DNA of 64,000 bases from an uncultured Alphaproteobacteria bacterium (GTDB lineage Bacteria > Pseudomonadota > Alphaproteobacteria > UBA828), in the NCBI GenBank assembly GCA_913053235.1, contig CAJXFT010000001.1:2785-66784 (forward strand). Direction: 5' to 3'. Shown here one piece after another: positions 46,706 through 56,091 of the stretch (its first letter is position 1; each line of letters starts with the position of its first letter). A model generated the notes under the pieces. That model was not told the DNA's origin and ran no database searches. It worked only from the letters and a program-made list of their open reading frames with translations. The position numbers and the translations under genes are program-made.

Positions 46706-48090
46706 CGCCGGCGCGCACGCTATGGCTCGTTTTCGCCGGCGCGCTGGTGATCCGCCTCGCCTATACGCTGGGCCTTTATATCGGCATCGGCGCGGAAGCT
46801 TTTCTCGTCGAGGATTCAATTCCTTATCTGGAACTCGGCAAAATCTTCGCTTCCGAGGGCGATTTATTGCGCGAAACGGATGTCGCCGGGCAGTTTGAGC
46901 CCGAAGTAGAACGCATGCCGCTCTACTTGATTTGGCTGGCCGTGCACCAATTGGTGAGCGGCATGTCGGCGCCGCTTTTTCCGGCCTTGACCCAAGGTGC
47001 CGTGGACGCGTTTTCCTGCGTCCTCATCGCGCGCACGGCGATGCTTGTCGATCCCCGCCTGCTGCTGCCCGCCGGTCTGTTTGCCGCGTGCAATCCAACC
47101 CAGATCATCGTCGGCGCGATGATCCTCACCGATTCGCTGTTTTTCTTTTTCGTCTGCCTCATGCTCTATGGCGCCGTGCAATGGCTGCGCCGGCCGGCCT
47201 GGCGTTGGGCGCTGCTGTTGGGCCTGGCCCTGGGTCTTGGCGTTTCCACCCGCGTCATGTTGCTGCCGGCGGCGGCGGCGCTGGCGGTCCTGCTGCCGCT
47301 GGCATCGATTTGGCTGCGCCGTTTCCGCATTGCCGGCATCGCCCATGTGCTGGTTTTCATCGCCATCTGCGCGGCGCTCCAGGCCCCCATTCTGGCCCGC
47401 AATATCAGCCGCTACGACAGCGTTCAATTTACCAACCAAGGCGGTGCCTATGAGTTGCTGTGGCTGGCGCCGCTGGTATTGGAAGCGGTCGACGGCACGC
47501 CGCACGCCGAAGGGGCGCGGCAAATGTATCAGCGTTACAAACGCGAAATCGGCGGGGTGGAGCCCGACAATCCGTTCGAGCGCTCGGCCTTGATGTCGGT
47601 CACGGCGCGGAACATCATCGCCGAGTTGGGCGTCCTCGCCACCGTCAAGGCGTGGCTGATCGGCGGCGCCATCAATATATTTTCGCCGGCGGCGATCCTG
47701 TCACCGCCGGTGAGCAACCTGGCGCATACCGGTTTCTACGATATGGCGGGCGACACCAAATTGGAAAAACTGTCGACCTTCCTGTTCCGCAACGACAACC
47801 CCGCCTATGCCTGGGTGTTGATCGTCAGCTTTCTCGCCCTTTTGGCGGTGCGCGCCGGGCAATTGTTCGGCCTCGGCCACGGCCTGTTTCGCCGAGCAAG
47901 CCGCGAGACGCGCATCATTCTCATCCTGATGCTGCTCTGGACCCTCTACATTCTGCTCGTCAACGGCCCCATCGCCTCGGCCAAATACCGCCTGCCGATC
48001 GAGCCCTTCAGCGCCATCTGCGCGGCGTTCGCCTATCTGGCGTGGCGCGATTGGATGGGTCGCCGCGCGGCGCGGCGCCGAGCAGGATAG
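46702..48090 (+). CDS. GT-C fold glycosyltransferase (ArnT/PMT, GT39/GT83-like), polytopic membrane protein
   Basis: ~11 TM helices. ATG at 46702 is an ATGA overlap with FkbM. Assigned from topology and family-like loops. Confidence 0.6.
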   Translation: MTPARTLWLVFAGALVIRLAYTLGLYIGIGAEAFLVEDSIPYLELGKIFASEGDLLRETDVAGQFEPEVERMPLYLIWLAVHQLVSGMSAPLFPALTQGAVDAFSCVLIARTAMLVDPRLLLPAGLFAACNPTQIIVGAMILTDSLFFFFVCLMLYGAVQWLRRPAWRWALLLGLALGLGVSTRVMLLPAAAALAVLLPLASIWLRRFRIAGIAHVLVFIAICAALQAPILARNISRYDSVQFTNQGGAYELLWLAPLVLEAVDGTPHAEGARQMYQRYKREIGGVEPDNPFERSALMSVTARNIIAELGVLATVKAWLIGGAINIFSPAAILSPPVSNLAHTGFYDMAGDTKLEKLSTFLFRNDNPAYAWVLIVSFLALLAVRAGQLFGLGHGLFRRASRETRIILILMLLWTLYILLVNGPIASAKYRLPIEPFSAICAAFAYLAWRDWMGRRAARRRAG

Positions 48091-49315
48091 CGCTCAAGAC
48101 AAGAAAGACGCCCTGCCACCACGCCGCCCAAATCGAGAAATTGAGCATCGAGGACGACCAGAAAGCGACGAATATGGCGACGCCGGCGGCCGCCGTCAGG
48201 GGCGATGTGGCGCCGATCCTGAGCCATAGCCGCAACAGCAGCGCCAACGCCGCGAGCAGGGCGGCAAAGCCGAAAGCCCCGGTTTCGAGGAATATTTCGA
48301 GCGGCCAGCTATGCGGATGGGAGGGGATGAATGTCTGGTTGAATTTTTCGAAAAGCACGGAGGCGCCGGGAAGATAATTGCTGACATCGATGCCATGTCC
48401 GAAATAAGGCTTCTCCAGCGCCGCATCGAACGAGAAACTCCAAATATATTGGCGGTGCGCGTCGACCAGCGAGGTCGGCAGGCCGGTCTCTATCGCGCCG
48501 TAATAGACACCATCGCGGATTTGCCCGGCGACCGGCGGCGGCGGCAGGCGGGTCAGCACCCAGGCGGTAGCGATGGCGAGCAGAACGGCGAGCAGGATCA
48601 AAAACAGCGGCGCCGCGCGCCCCCGCCACAGCCGCCAGCGCTGGCAGACATAGACGATAGCGCCGACCACAAATGCGGCGATGAGGCCGAGCAGCCCGGC
48701 CAGGCTGTCGACGGCGAGGATCAGCACCAGGGCGGCGGCCAAATGCACCACGGCGGCATAAAACCAAACCCGGCCGAGGCGGAAGCCGGCCCACAGCACC
48801 GCCGGCGCCAGGCAGGCCAGGGCGGAGCCATAATATTTGAGCAGTTGCGCGGCGTTGACATCGACCCACCCCTTGCCGCGAAAGAGGCCGTATATCGGGC
48901 TTGCCGCATAAAGGCCGAGGAGCGCGATGAGAGCGCAAACCGAGGCGGCGACGATCATGGCGCGCAGACAGGTGTCGAGCCCGCCGCGCGAAAGAAAATA
49001 ATGAATCAGCGCCGCCACACCCACCATGCCGACCATGCGCCCCCAGGCGCCGAGCGAGCGCCCGAGTTCCGGCGAATCGGCGACGCCCGGCAACCATAGG
49101 AGAAAGGTCAGGATGATCGCCAGGCCGAGCGGCGTGCGCGCGCCGCGCAGCACATCGCCGGCCAATTGCCGGCGCCCCGGCGCCGCCAGCATGAGCAGCA
49201 GGGCGAGGGCCAGCGCGGCCAGGGTGACGGCCTTGCCCGACGCCACAAGCGGAACGCCGATTCCAGCGAATATGGCGGCGCCGAGCGCCAGCCAATCCCT
49301 GTTCGCAACCGACAA
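48008..49315 (-). CDS. O-antigen ligase / Wzy_C-family membrane protein
   Basis: Polytopic protein with a Wzy_C-like periplasmic loop. TTG at 49315 has GGAGGAG 10 nt upstream. The ATG at 49513 is a less likely alternative. Confidence 0.6.
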   Translation of the reverse strand: MSVANRDWLALGAAIFAGIGVPLVASGKAVTLAALALALLLMLAAPGRRQLAGDVLRGARTPLGLAIILTFLLWLPGVADSPELGRSLGAWGRMVGMVGVAALIHYFLSRGGLDTCLRAMIVAASVCALIALLGLYAASPIYGLFRGKGWVDVNAAQLLKYYGSALACLAPAVLWAGFRLGRVWFYAAVVHLAAALVLILAVDSLAGLLGLIAAFVVGAIVYVCQRWRLWRGRAAPLFLILLAVLLAIATAWVLTRLPPPPVAGQIRDGVYYGAIETGLPTSLVDAHRQYIWSFSFDAALEKPYFGHGIDVSNYLPGASVLFEKFNQTFIPSHPHSWPLEIFLETGAFGFAALLAALALLLRLWLRIGATSPLTAAAGVAIFVAFWSSSMLNFSIWAAWWQGVFLVLSAILLGAAPRGDPSNRATPDRRTPRRWR

Positions 49316-49511
49316 AAGCCCGGCTCCTCCGTGGCAAGGTTGGTAAGATATTGTGATGTAACACCGCAATCGGGAAGCGGCAAACGGCTGCTTTGGCGTT
49401 TGCGCCGGCGCGCGCGCCGGCGCGCCGGCGGGGCCGTGGATTGACGCGCGGCGCAAGCGGGCGGTAGGTTCGCGGCGCAGCCCTTGCCAGCCCATCGAGC
49501 CCATAAAGAAC

Positions 49512-51284
49512 ATGATAATTCTCGGTGTCCACCCCGGATATCACGAGGCCGCCGCTTGCCTGTTCGACGATTATCGAATGATCTCCGCGGTCTCGCTCGA
49601 GCGCCTGACCCGGCGCAAGATCGATGGCGGGCGGGTGCCCGACGAGGCCATCGACGAATGCCTCGCCATCGCCGGTCTCAGGCGCCGCGAGGTCGATGCG
49701 GTGGTGCTCGGCCGCGGCGCCTTCGCGTGGCGCTATTACCGGCATTTTCGCGGCTCGCGCCTGCTCGAGGGCAAGGTCCGCCAGGCGCTCGGCAAGGAAA
49801 AGCACAAGAGCATGGAGCGCGAGCTGCTGCGCGCCGGCCATGCCGATTCGGCGTCGCTGTTCAACGGCGGCAAATTTCTCGGCGATTTCGGCTTCCGCTC
49901 AACGACCCGGCTCACCTTCTTCAACCACCATCTCGCCCATGCCCTGCCGACGCTCTTTCATACCGATTGGCGGGACGCGCTGCTCTATACCTCGGATGGC
50001 GGCGGCGACAATGTGCAATACAGCCATCGCGTTTTCCGGGACGGCGAGCTGCGTACCCTGTTCGGCGGCGACGAGTGTTTCGCCACGCCGGCGCGAATCG
50101 ACAGCCTGGGTCTCGCCTATGGCTACGCCACCCAGGCGCTCGGCTGGCGCATCAACCGCCATGAAGGCAAGCTCACCGGCCTGGCGGCGCTTGGCCAGCC
50201 CTCGGCGGCGGCGGCCATCGCGGCGCATTTCAGCGTCGATGCCGAGGGCCAGATCCTGAGCGACTTCGCCAGCAATCCCGAGCTCCGCCAGTTCATGTTC
50301 GAAACCGCGAAGGATATCCCGCGCGAGGACATGGCGGCCTCGATTCAAGAGGTGCTGGAACAGGTGACGCTCGAATCCGTGCGCCGCCTCCTTGAGCGCC
50401 ACGGCGTGCGCCGCCTCGGCCTTTCCGGCGGCGTGTTCGGCAATGTCCGCCTCAATCGCCTGTTGGCCGAGGAGACCGATATCGACGAGGTCTTCGTCTA
50501 CCCGGCGATGAGCGACCAGGGCCTGCCGGCCGGCGGGGTGCTGCAATATCTCCTGGAGCGCGACGGCATGAAAACATGGCTCGACGCGCGCACTCCGCTG
50601 GAGACGCTTTATTTCGGCCGCGACTGGGGACGCGACGCCGATAAGGTTTTCGCCGCCACGCCCGGCCTTGGCGTCGTATCGGACAACCCGGTCGACAAGG
50701 CGGCGGCGCTGATCGAGCAGGGCAAGGCGGTGGCGATATTCAGCCACGGCATGGAATACGGCCCGCGCGCGCTGGGAGCGCGCAGCATCCTCGCCTCGCC
50801 CGCCGATGCCGGCATCAACGATGCGCTCAACCGGCGGCTCTCGCGCTCCGAATTCATGCCCTTCGCGCCGGTCGTCGCCGAGGGTGACGCCGAGACGCTG
50901 TTCGATATCGGCGCGCGCAACCGCTATACGGCGCGCTTCATGACCATCACCTGCGACGTCAAGCCAGCCTGGCGGTCGCGCATCCCGGCCGTCGTGCATG
51001 TCGACGGCACGGCGCGGCCGCAAGTAATTCGCCGCGCCGACAATCCGCTCTATTACGATATTCTCGCCGCTTTCAAGCAACTGAGCGGCCTGCCGACGAT
51101 GATCAACACCAGTTTCAACGTGCATGAGGAGCCGATCATCAACAGCCCCGAGGAGTGCGCGCGCGCACTGCGCGACGACCGGGTGGATTACGTCGTCACG
51201 GAGGACGCGGTTTATGGAGCCACGGAGGACGCGGTTTATGGAGCCACCGAGAAAGCGGTTTACGAACGCGAGAGCGGCGCATGA
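49512..51284 (+). CDS. Carbamoyltransferase (NodU/CmcH family)
   Basis: MIILGVHPGYHEAAACLFDD...SLERLTRRK N-terminus and a C-terminal CmcH domain. Carries a tandem 24-nt repeat at its 3' end. Confidence 0.85.
   Translation: MIILGVHPGYHEAAACLFDDYRMISAVSLERLTRRKIDGGRVPDEAIDECLAIAGLRRREVDAVVLGRGAFAWRYYRHFRGSRLLEGKVRQALGKEKHKSMERELLRAGHADSASLFNGGKFLGDFGFRSTTRLTFFNHHLAHALPTLFHTDWRDALLYTSDGGGDNVQYSHRVFRDGELRTLFGGDECFATPARIDSLGLAYGYATQALGWRINRHEGKLTGLAALGQPSAAAAIAAHFSVDAEGQILSDFASNPELRQFMFETAKDIPREDMAASIQEVLEQVTLESVRRLLERHGVRRLGLSGGVFGNVRLNRLLAEETDIDEVFVYPAMSDQGLPAGGVLQYLLERDGMKTWLDARTPLETLYFGRDWGRDADKVFAATPGLGVVSDNPVDKAAALIEQGKAVAIFSHGMEYGPRALGARSILASPADAGINDALNRRLSRSEFMPFAPVVAEGDAETLFDIGARNRYTARFMTITCDVKPAWRSRIPAVVHVDGTARPQVIRRADNPLYYDILAAFKQLSGLPTMINTSFNVHEEPIINSPEECARALRDDRVDYVVTEDAVYGATEDAVYGATEKAVYERESGA
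51199..51270 (+). repeat. Tandem 24-nt repeat (acggaggacgcggtttatggagcc x2 plus a degenerate third copy) encoding TEDAVYGA-TEDAVYGA-TEKAVYER
   Basis: Read directly at the 3' end of the carbamoyltransferase CDS. Confidence 0.8.
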
Positions 51285-52309
51285 ATATATTGCAGATCAT
51301 CTACGCCAGCCTGGCCGCCGGCGCCGCATCCTGGCTCGCCACCGGCGCCGTGCTCCGCCTGCTGCGCCGCCGTGGCGTGCTCGACATCCCCAACCAGCGT
51401 TCCAGCCATAGTTCGCCGACGCCGCGCGGCGGCGGCATCGCCGTGGCGGGCGTGCTGTTCGCCGCCTGGCTCGCCTTCTGGCTATCCGGCAGCGGCGATG
51501 CCGCGGCGCCGGATTTCTGGATCATATTGGCCGCCGGCGCGGCGCTGGCGGTGATCTCCTGGTTCGACGATGTGCGCGGCGGCTTGCCGGCGACCGTGCG
51601 CCTCGGCGCGCAGGCAATCGCCGTCGGCGCCGGCCTGATGGCGCTGCCCGAGGGCGCCGGCGTCTTTCAGGGCGCATTGCCGCCGGCGCTCGATCTGGCG
51701 CTGAGCGGGCTGATCTGGCTGTGGTTCGTCAATCTGTTCAACTTCATGGACGGCATCGACGGCATCGCCGGCAGCCAGACCGCCAGCGCCGGGCTCGGCC
51801 TGTTCGCGCTGGCCATCATTTTTCCCGCCGCCGCCGGCCTCGGCCCCTACGCGCTGGCGCTGGCGGCGGTGGCTCTCGGCTTCCTGCCGTGGAACTGGCA
51901 GCCGGCGCGCATCTTTCTCGGCGATGTCGGCAGCGTGCCGCTGGGCTACGCCATCGGCTGGCTGCTGCTGTCGCTGGCGGTATTCGGACCGTGGCAAGCG
52001 GCGCTGCTGCCGGTGCTCTACTTTGTCGCGGATGCGACCTTTACCCTGGTGCGGAGATTGTCGCGCGGCGAGGCGATCTGGCGCGCCCATCATCAGCATT
52101 ATTACCAGTTCGCCGTCGATGCGGGGCGGAGCCACGCCCATGTGGTGATGGTGGTGACGGCGGTGAATTTGCTGCTTGCCGGCCTCGCGCTGGCGACGCT
52201 GCTCGGCGCGGCGGCGGCGTGGGGCGCCCTGGCCGCGGGATTGCTGCTCACGACCGGCCTTTTATGCTATCTTCGATTCGCCCGGATCAGACCGAAACAT
52301 GCAGACTAG
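51281..52309 (+). CDS. Polyprenyl-phosphate N-acetylhexosamine-1-phosphate transferase (WecA/WbpL/MraY family, GT4)
   Basis: NLFNFMDGIDGIAG and FLGDVGS motifs of the MraY/WecA family. ATG at 51281 is an ATGA overlap. Confidence 0.85.
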   Translation: MNILQIIYASLAAGAASWLATGAVLRLLRRRGVLDIPNQRSSHSSPTPRGGGIAVAGVLFAAWLAFWLSGSGDAAAPDFWIILAAGAALAVISWFDDVRGGLPATVRLGAQAIAVGAGLMALPEGAGVFQGALPPALDLALSGLIWLWFVNLFNFMDGIDGIAGSQTASAGLGLFALAIIFPAAAGLGPYALALAAVALGFLPWNWQPARIFLGDVGSVPLGYAIGWLLLSLAVFGPWQAALLPVLYFVADATFTLVRRLSRGEAIWRAHHQHYYQFAVDAGRSHAHVVMVVTAVNLLLAGLALATLLGAAAAWGALAAGLLLTTGLLCYLRFARIRPKHAD

Positions 52310-54233
52310 TCGCATCAACAGAACCTACGCGGTAGCCGCCTTCGATGTGGCCATGGCGGCTGTCTCGTTCGCGGTGGCGCTGTTGCTGCGCCGCGGCGTC
52401 GAGAATTTCTGGCACGAATCGAGCGGCTTTTTCATCGAGGGCATCCTCGCCTTCAGCGTCATATCGGTGATCGTTTTCTGGCGCATGCGCATCTACCGGG
52501 GATTCTGGCGCTATACCTCGTCGCGCGACGTCACCAAGATCGCCAGCGCCGCCGGCATCGTCGTCCTCATCTTCGTTGCGCTGCTCTTCGTCGTCACCCG
52601 GCTCGAGGCCTATCCGCGCTCGGCGCTGCCGATAAATTTTCTCGTCCTGGCGGCGCTTCTCGGCGGCCCGCGCATCCTCTACCGCAGCCTGATGGAGCGC
52701 GGCCTCGCCGGATTCTTTCAGCGCGCCAATGGCGAGCACCGGGTGCCGGTTCTGCTGTTGGGCGCCGGCGACGAGGCCGATCTCTTTATCCGCTCGAGCC
52801 TGAGCGGCAGCGCCGTCAATTACCGCGTCGTCGGGTTGGTCGACGATGACAGCGCCAAAATCGACCGCCATATTCACGGCGTCCGGGTCTATGGCCCGGC
52901 CCACAATCTTGTCGAGATCGTGCGCGCGCTGAAGCGGCGCGGCACCCAGCCGCAACGCCTGATCCTGACATCGGACAGCTTCGATCCCGAGCGCCTGCGC
53001 GAAATTCTCGACGCCGCGGAAGGGCTCGCCATGCCGTTCTCGCGGCTGCCGCGCATGACCGATTTCCGCAGCGGAGAAAGCGGCGACATCGACATCCGGC
53101 CGGTGGCGATCGAGGATTTGCTGGGCCGCCCGCAGGCGGCGCTCGACGGCAAGGAAATGGCGGCGCTGATCCGCGAGCGCCGCGTCTGCGTCACCGGCGC
53201 CGGCGGCTCGATCGGCTCGGAACTGTGCCGCCAGATCGCCGCGCACGGACCGGCGCATATGACGCTGGTCGATAATTCGGAATTCAATCTCTATTCCATC
53301 GACATGGAATTGGCCGAGAGCCACCCGGCGATTTCGCGCGATATGGTGTTGGGCGATGTGCGCGATACCGGGCGCCTGAACTCGACCTTCGATCACGCCC
53401 GCCCGCAGCTGGTGTTTCACGCCGCCGCCCTCAAACATGTCCACATGGTCGAAGCCAACCCCAATGAGGGCGTGCTCACCAATGTTTTGGGCACGCGCAA
53501 TGTCGCCGATTGCTGCGTCGCCCACGGCGTCGCCGTGATGGTGCTGATCTCCAGCGACAAGGCGGTAAACCCGACCAATGTCATGGGTGCGACGAAGCGC
53601 ATCGCGGAGAGCTATTGCCAGGCGCTGGGCCATTCGCTGGCCGCCGAGGCCGAGGTGCATACGCGCCTCGTCACGGTTCGTTTCGGCAATGTGCTGGCCT
53701 CGTCGGGCTCCGTGGTGCCGCTCTTTCAGCGCCAGATCGCCGCCGGCGGCCCGGTCACCGTGACCGACCCCAAGGTCAGCCGCTACTTCATGACCACGCG
53801 CGAGGCGGTGCAGCTGGTGTTGCAGGCATCGGCCTTGGGCGCGCGCGGCAAGGGCGGCGAGATTTTCGTGCTCGACATGGGCGCGCCGGTATTGATCAAG
53901 GACCTGGCCAGCCAAATGATCCGGCTCGCCGGCCTGACGCCGGGAAAGAATATCGCGATCGAATATACGGGCCTGCGCCCGGGCGAGAAAATGGCCGAGG
54001 AACTGTTCCACGACAAGGAGCCGTTGTCCGACACATCCGTCGCCGGCCTGCAGCGCGCGACGTCACGGCCGGCCGACCTGGCGGCTCTGCGCCAACAGAT
54101 CGAGCGCCTGTGTGGGGCGGCGGCGGCGCGCGACAGCGCCGCGACGCTGGCCGAGGTCGGCGCTATCGTTCCCGAATTCCGCGCTCAAACGCGCAACTCC
54201 GACACCGGTGCAAGCCGGCGCGCCGCCCAGTAA
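52299..54233 (+). CDS. Membrane-bound UDP-N-acetylglucosamine 4,6-dehydratase (CapD/WbpM/PglF family)
   Basis: 4 N-terminal TM helices, a central Rossmann [15 protein letters not shown] and a C-terminal CapD dehydratase core with [11 protein letters not shown] at 52299. Confidence 0.85.
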   Translation: MQTSRINRTYAVAAFDVAMAAVSFAVALLLRRGVENFWHESSGFFIEGILAFSVISVIVFWRMRIYRGFWRYTSSRDVTKIASAAGIVVLIFVALLFVVTRLEAYPRSALPINFLVLAALLGGPRILYRSLMERGLAGFFQRANGEHRVPVLLLGAGDEADLFIRSSLSGSAVNYRVVGLVDDDSAKIDRHIHGVRVYGPAHNLVEIVRALKRRGTQPQRLILTSDSFDPERLREILDAAEGLAMPFSRLPRMTDFRSGESGDIDIRPVAIEDLLGRPQAALDGKEMAALIRERRVCVTGAGGSIGSELCRQIAAHGPAHMTLVDNSEFNLYSIDMELAESHPAISRDMVLGDVRDTGRLNSTFDHARPQLVFHAAALKHVHMVEANPNEGVLTNVLGTRNVADCCVAHGVAVMVLISSDKAVNPTNVMGATKRIAESYCQALGHSLAAEAEVHTRLVTVRFGNVLASSGSVVPLFQRQIAAGGPVTVTDPKVSRYFMTTREAVQLVLQASALGARGKGGEIFVLDMGAPVLIKDLASQMIRLAGLTPGKNIAIEYTGLRPGEKMAEELFHDKEPLSDTSVAGLQRATSRPADLAALRQQIERLCGAAAARDSAATLAEVGAIVPEFRAQTRNSDTGASRRAAQ

Positions 54234-54252
54234 CCGAACAAGAGAAACGACA

Positions 54253-55842
54253 ATGACAAAAAACGCCGAGCACCGCACCATTACCCGCGCCCTGATCTCC
54301 GTATCCGACAAATCGGGGCTCGCCGATTTCGGCAAATTTCTTTCTCAAGCCGGTGTCGAAATTCTCTCGACCGGCGGCACGGCAAAGGCCTTGCGCGACG
54401 CCGGCGTGACGGTGAAGGACGTATCCGAGCACACCCAATTCCCAGAAATGCTGGACGGCAGGGTGAAGACACTGCATCCCAGGGTGCATGGCGGCATTCT
54501 CGGCATGCGCGACAACCCCGCCCACCGCGACGCCATGGAGGCGCATGATATCCGGCCGATCGATCTGGTCGTGGTCAATCTCTATCCGTTCGAGCACACG
54601 GTGGCGGCGGGCGGCGATTTCGAAACCTGCATCGAGAATATCGATATCGGCGGGCCGGCGCTGATCCGCGCCGCGGCCAAGAATCACCGCGACGTGGCGG
54701 TGCTGGTGGAGAGCGCCGATTACCCGGCGCTGATGGATGAAATGTCCGAGCTGAACGGCGCCACATCGGGCGCGCTGCGCCGCCGCCTCGCGGCCAAGGC
54801 CTACGCGCGCACGGGCGCCTATGATTCGGCCATCGCGAGCTGGTTCGCCGGCCAAGAGGGCGACAACTTCCCCGAACGGCTGACGTTTTCGGCCGAGCGC
54901 CGGCAGATGCTGCGCTACGGCGAGAACCCACATCTCGCCGCCGCCTTTTATGCCGGCGGCGCGGCCCGGCCCGGCGTCGCCGCCGCCGAGCAGGTGCAGG
55001 GCAAGGAGCTGAGCTACAACAATTTGAACGACACCGACGCCGCGTTCGAGCTGGTCGCCGAATTCGACGACCCCGCCATCGCCATCATCAAGCATGCCAA
55101 CCCGTGCGGTGCCGCGCGCGGTGGCGATCTCAAGGAGGCCTACCTCAAGGCCCTGGCCAGCGATCCGGTCAGCGCCTTCGGCGGCATCGTCGCCGCCAAC
55201 CGGCCGCTCGATGAGGCGGTGGCCGAGGAGATCGCCAAGCTTTTCGCCGAAGTGGTGATCGCGCCGGCGGCCGATGCGGCGGCCCTGGAGGTGCTTTCCG
55301 CCAAGAAGAATTTGCGCGTGCTTTTGTGCGGCGCCATGCCGGACCCGGCGGCGCCGGGCATGACCATGCGCAAACTTTCGGGCGGCTATCTGGCGCAGCA
55401 GCGCGACAATGGCCGCGTCGAGGTTAAAAATTTGAAAACGGTCAGCAAGCGCGCGCCCAGCGAGGCCGAGCTTGACGACCTGATTTTCGCCTTCCGCGTC
55501 TGCAAGCATGTCAAATCCAACGCCATCATCTATGTCAAGGACGGCGCCACGGTGGGCGTCGGCGCCGGCCAGATGAGCCGCGTCGATTCATCGCGCATTG
55601 CCGCCTGGAAGGCCGCCGAGGCAGCCGAGGCGGCGGGCGAGAAGCAATCCCGCGCGATCGGCTCGGTGGTCGCCTCGGACGCCTTTTTCCCCTTTGCCGA
55701 CGGCCTGCTCGCCGCCGCCGAAGCCGGCGCCACCGCGATCATCCAGCCCGGCGGCTCGATGCGCGACGAGGAAGTCATCGCCGCGGCCGACGAAAACAAC
55801 CTCGCCATGGTCTTCACCGGCATGCGCCACTTCCGGCATTAA
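54253..55842 (+). CDS. purH: Bifunctional AICAR transformylase / IMP cyclohydrolase
   Basis: [36 protein letters not shown] and a C-terminal AICARFT domain. Colinear with PurH. Confidence 0.9.
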   Translation: MTKNAEHRTITRALISVSDKSGLADFGKFLSQAGVEILSTGGTAKALRDAGVTVKDVSEHTQFPEMLDGRVKTLHPRVHGGILGMRDNPAHRDAMEAHDIRPIDLVVVNLYPFEHTVAAGGDFETCIENIDIGGPALIRAAAKNHRDVAVLVESADYPALMDEMSELNGATSGALRRRLAAKAYARTGAYDSAIASWFAGQEGDNFPERLTFSAERRQMLRYGENPHLAAAFYAGGAARPGVAAAEQVQGKELSYNNLNDTDAAFELVAEFDDPAIAIIKHANPCGAARGGDLKEAYLKALASDPVSAFGGIVAANRPLDEAVAEEIAKLFAEVVIAPAADAAALEVLSAKKNLRVLLCGAMPDPAAPGMTMRKLSGGYLAQQRDNGRVEVKNLKTVSKRAPSEAELDDLIFAFRVCKHVKSNAIIYVKDGATVGVGAGQMSRVDSSRIAAWKAAEAAEAAGEKQSRAIGSVVASDAFFPFADGLLAAAEAGATAIIQPGGSMRDEEVIAAADENNLAMVFTGMRHFRH

Positions 55843-55882
55843 AAACCGAGCCCCACAAAGATTCATCCAAACGGCACACCCC

Positions 55883-55908
55883 CCGGAATGCACTATCTTG
55901 CATTCCGG
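55883..55908. repeat. Perfect 10-bp inverted repeat CCGGAATGCA-N6-TGCATTCCGG
   Basis: Read in the convergent intergenic region downstream of purH. No U-tract follows. Confidence 0.5.
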
Positions 55909-56057
55909 CAAGCGCGACCGCGCGCCCGAGTTAATACGAGGTAAGCCAAGGGAGCGGATGCGACCGCCCGGCGCTTGAGGGGCCAAAAAAAAGAGCGCGG
56001 ATGCCCCCCGGTGTTGCGAGCGCGCTTGCGCGCGCTGGGTTTTCCCCTTCTCCCCAA

Positions 56058-56090
56058 CCCCTCTTCCCCTCCGGGAAGAGGGGCTTATTC
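56058..56090. terminator. GC-rich hairpin (11-bp stem CCCCTCTTCCC/GGGAAGAGGGG, loop CTCC) between convergent purH and gdhB; likely a bidirectional terminator and one copy of a repeated element
   Basis: Read in sequence. Followed by CTTATTC on the plus strand and TTGGGG on the minus strand. The same core plus GGCTTATTC recurs at 62675-62706. Confidence 0.55.
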
Positions 56091-56091
56091 G

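Noticed and set aside
55931-56057. Additional GC-rich palindromes (GGGGC...GCCCC, AGCGCGCTTGCGCGCGCT) between purH and gdhB
   Set aside because: They are short and imperfect and sit in a region already explained by convergent terminators, so they are not called as separate elements.
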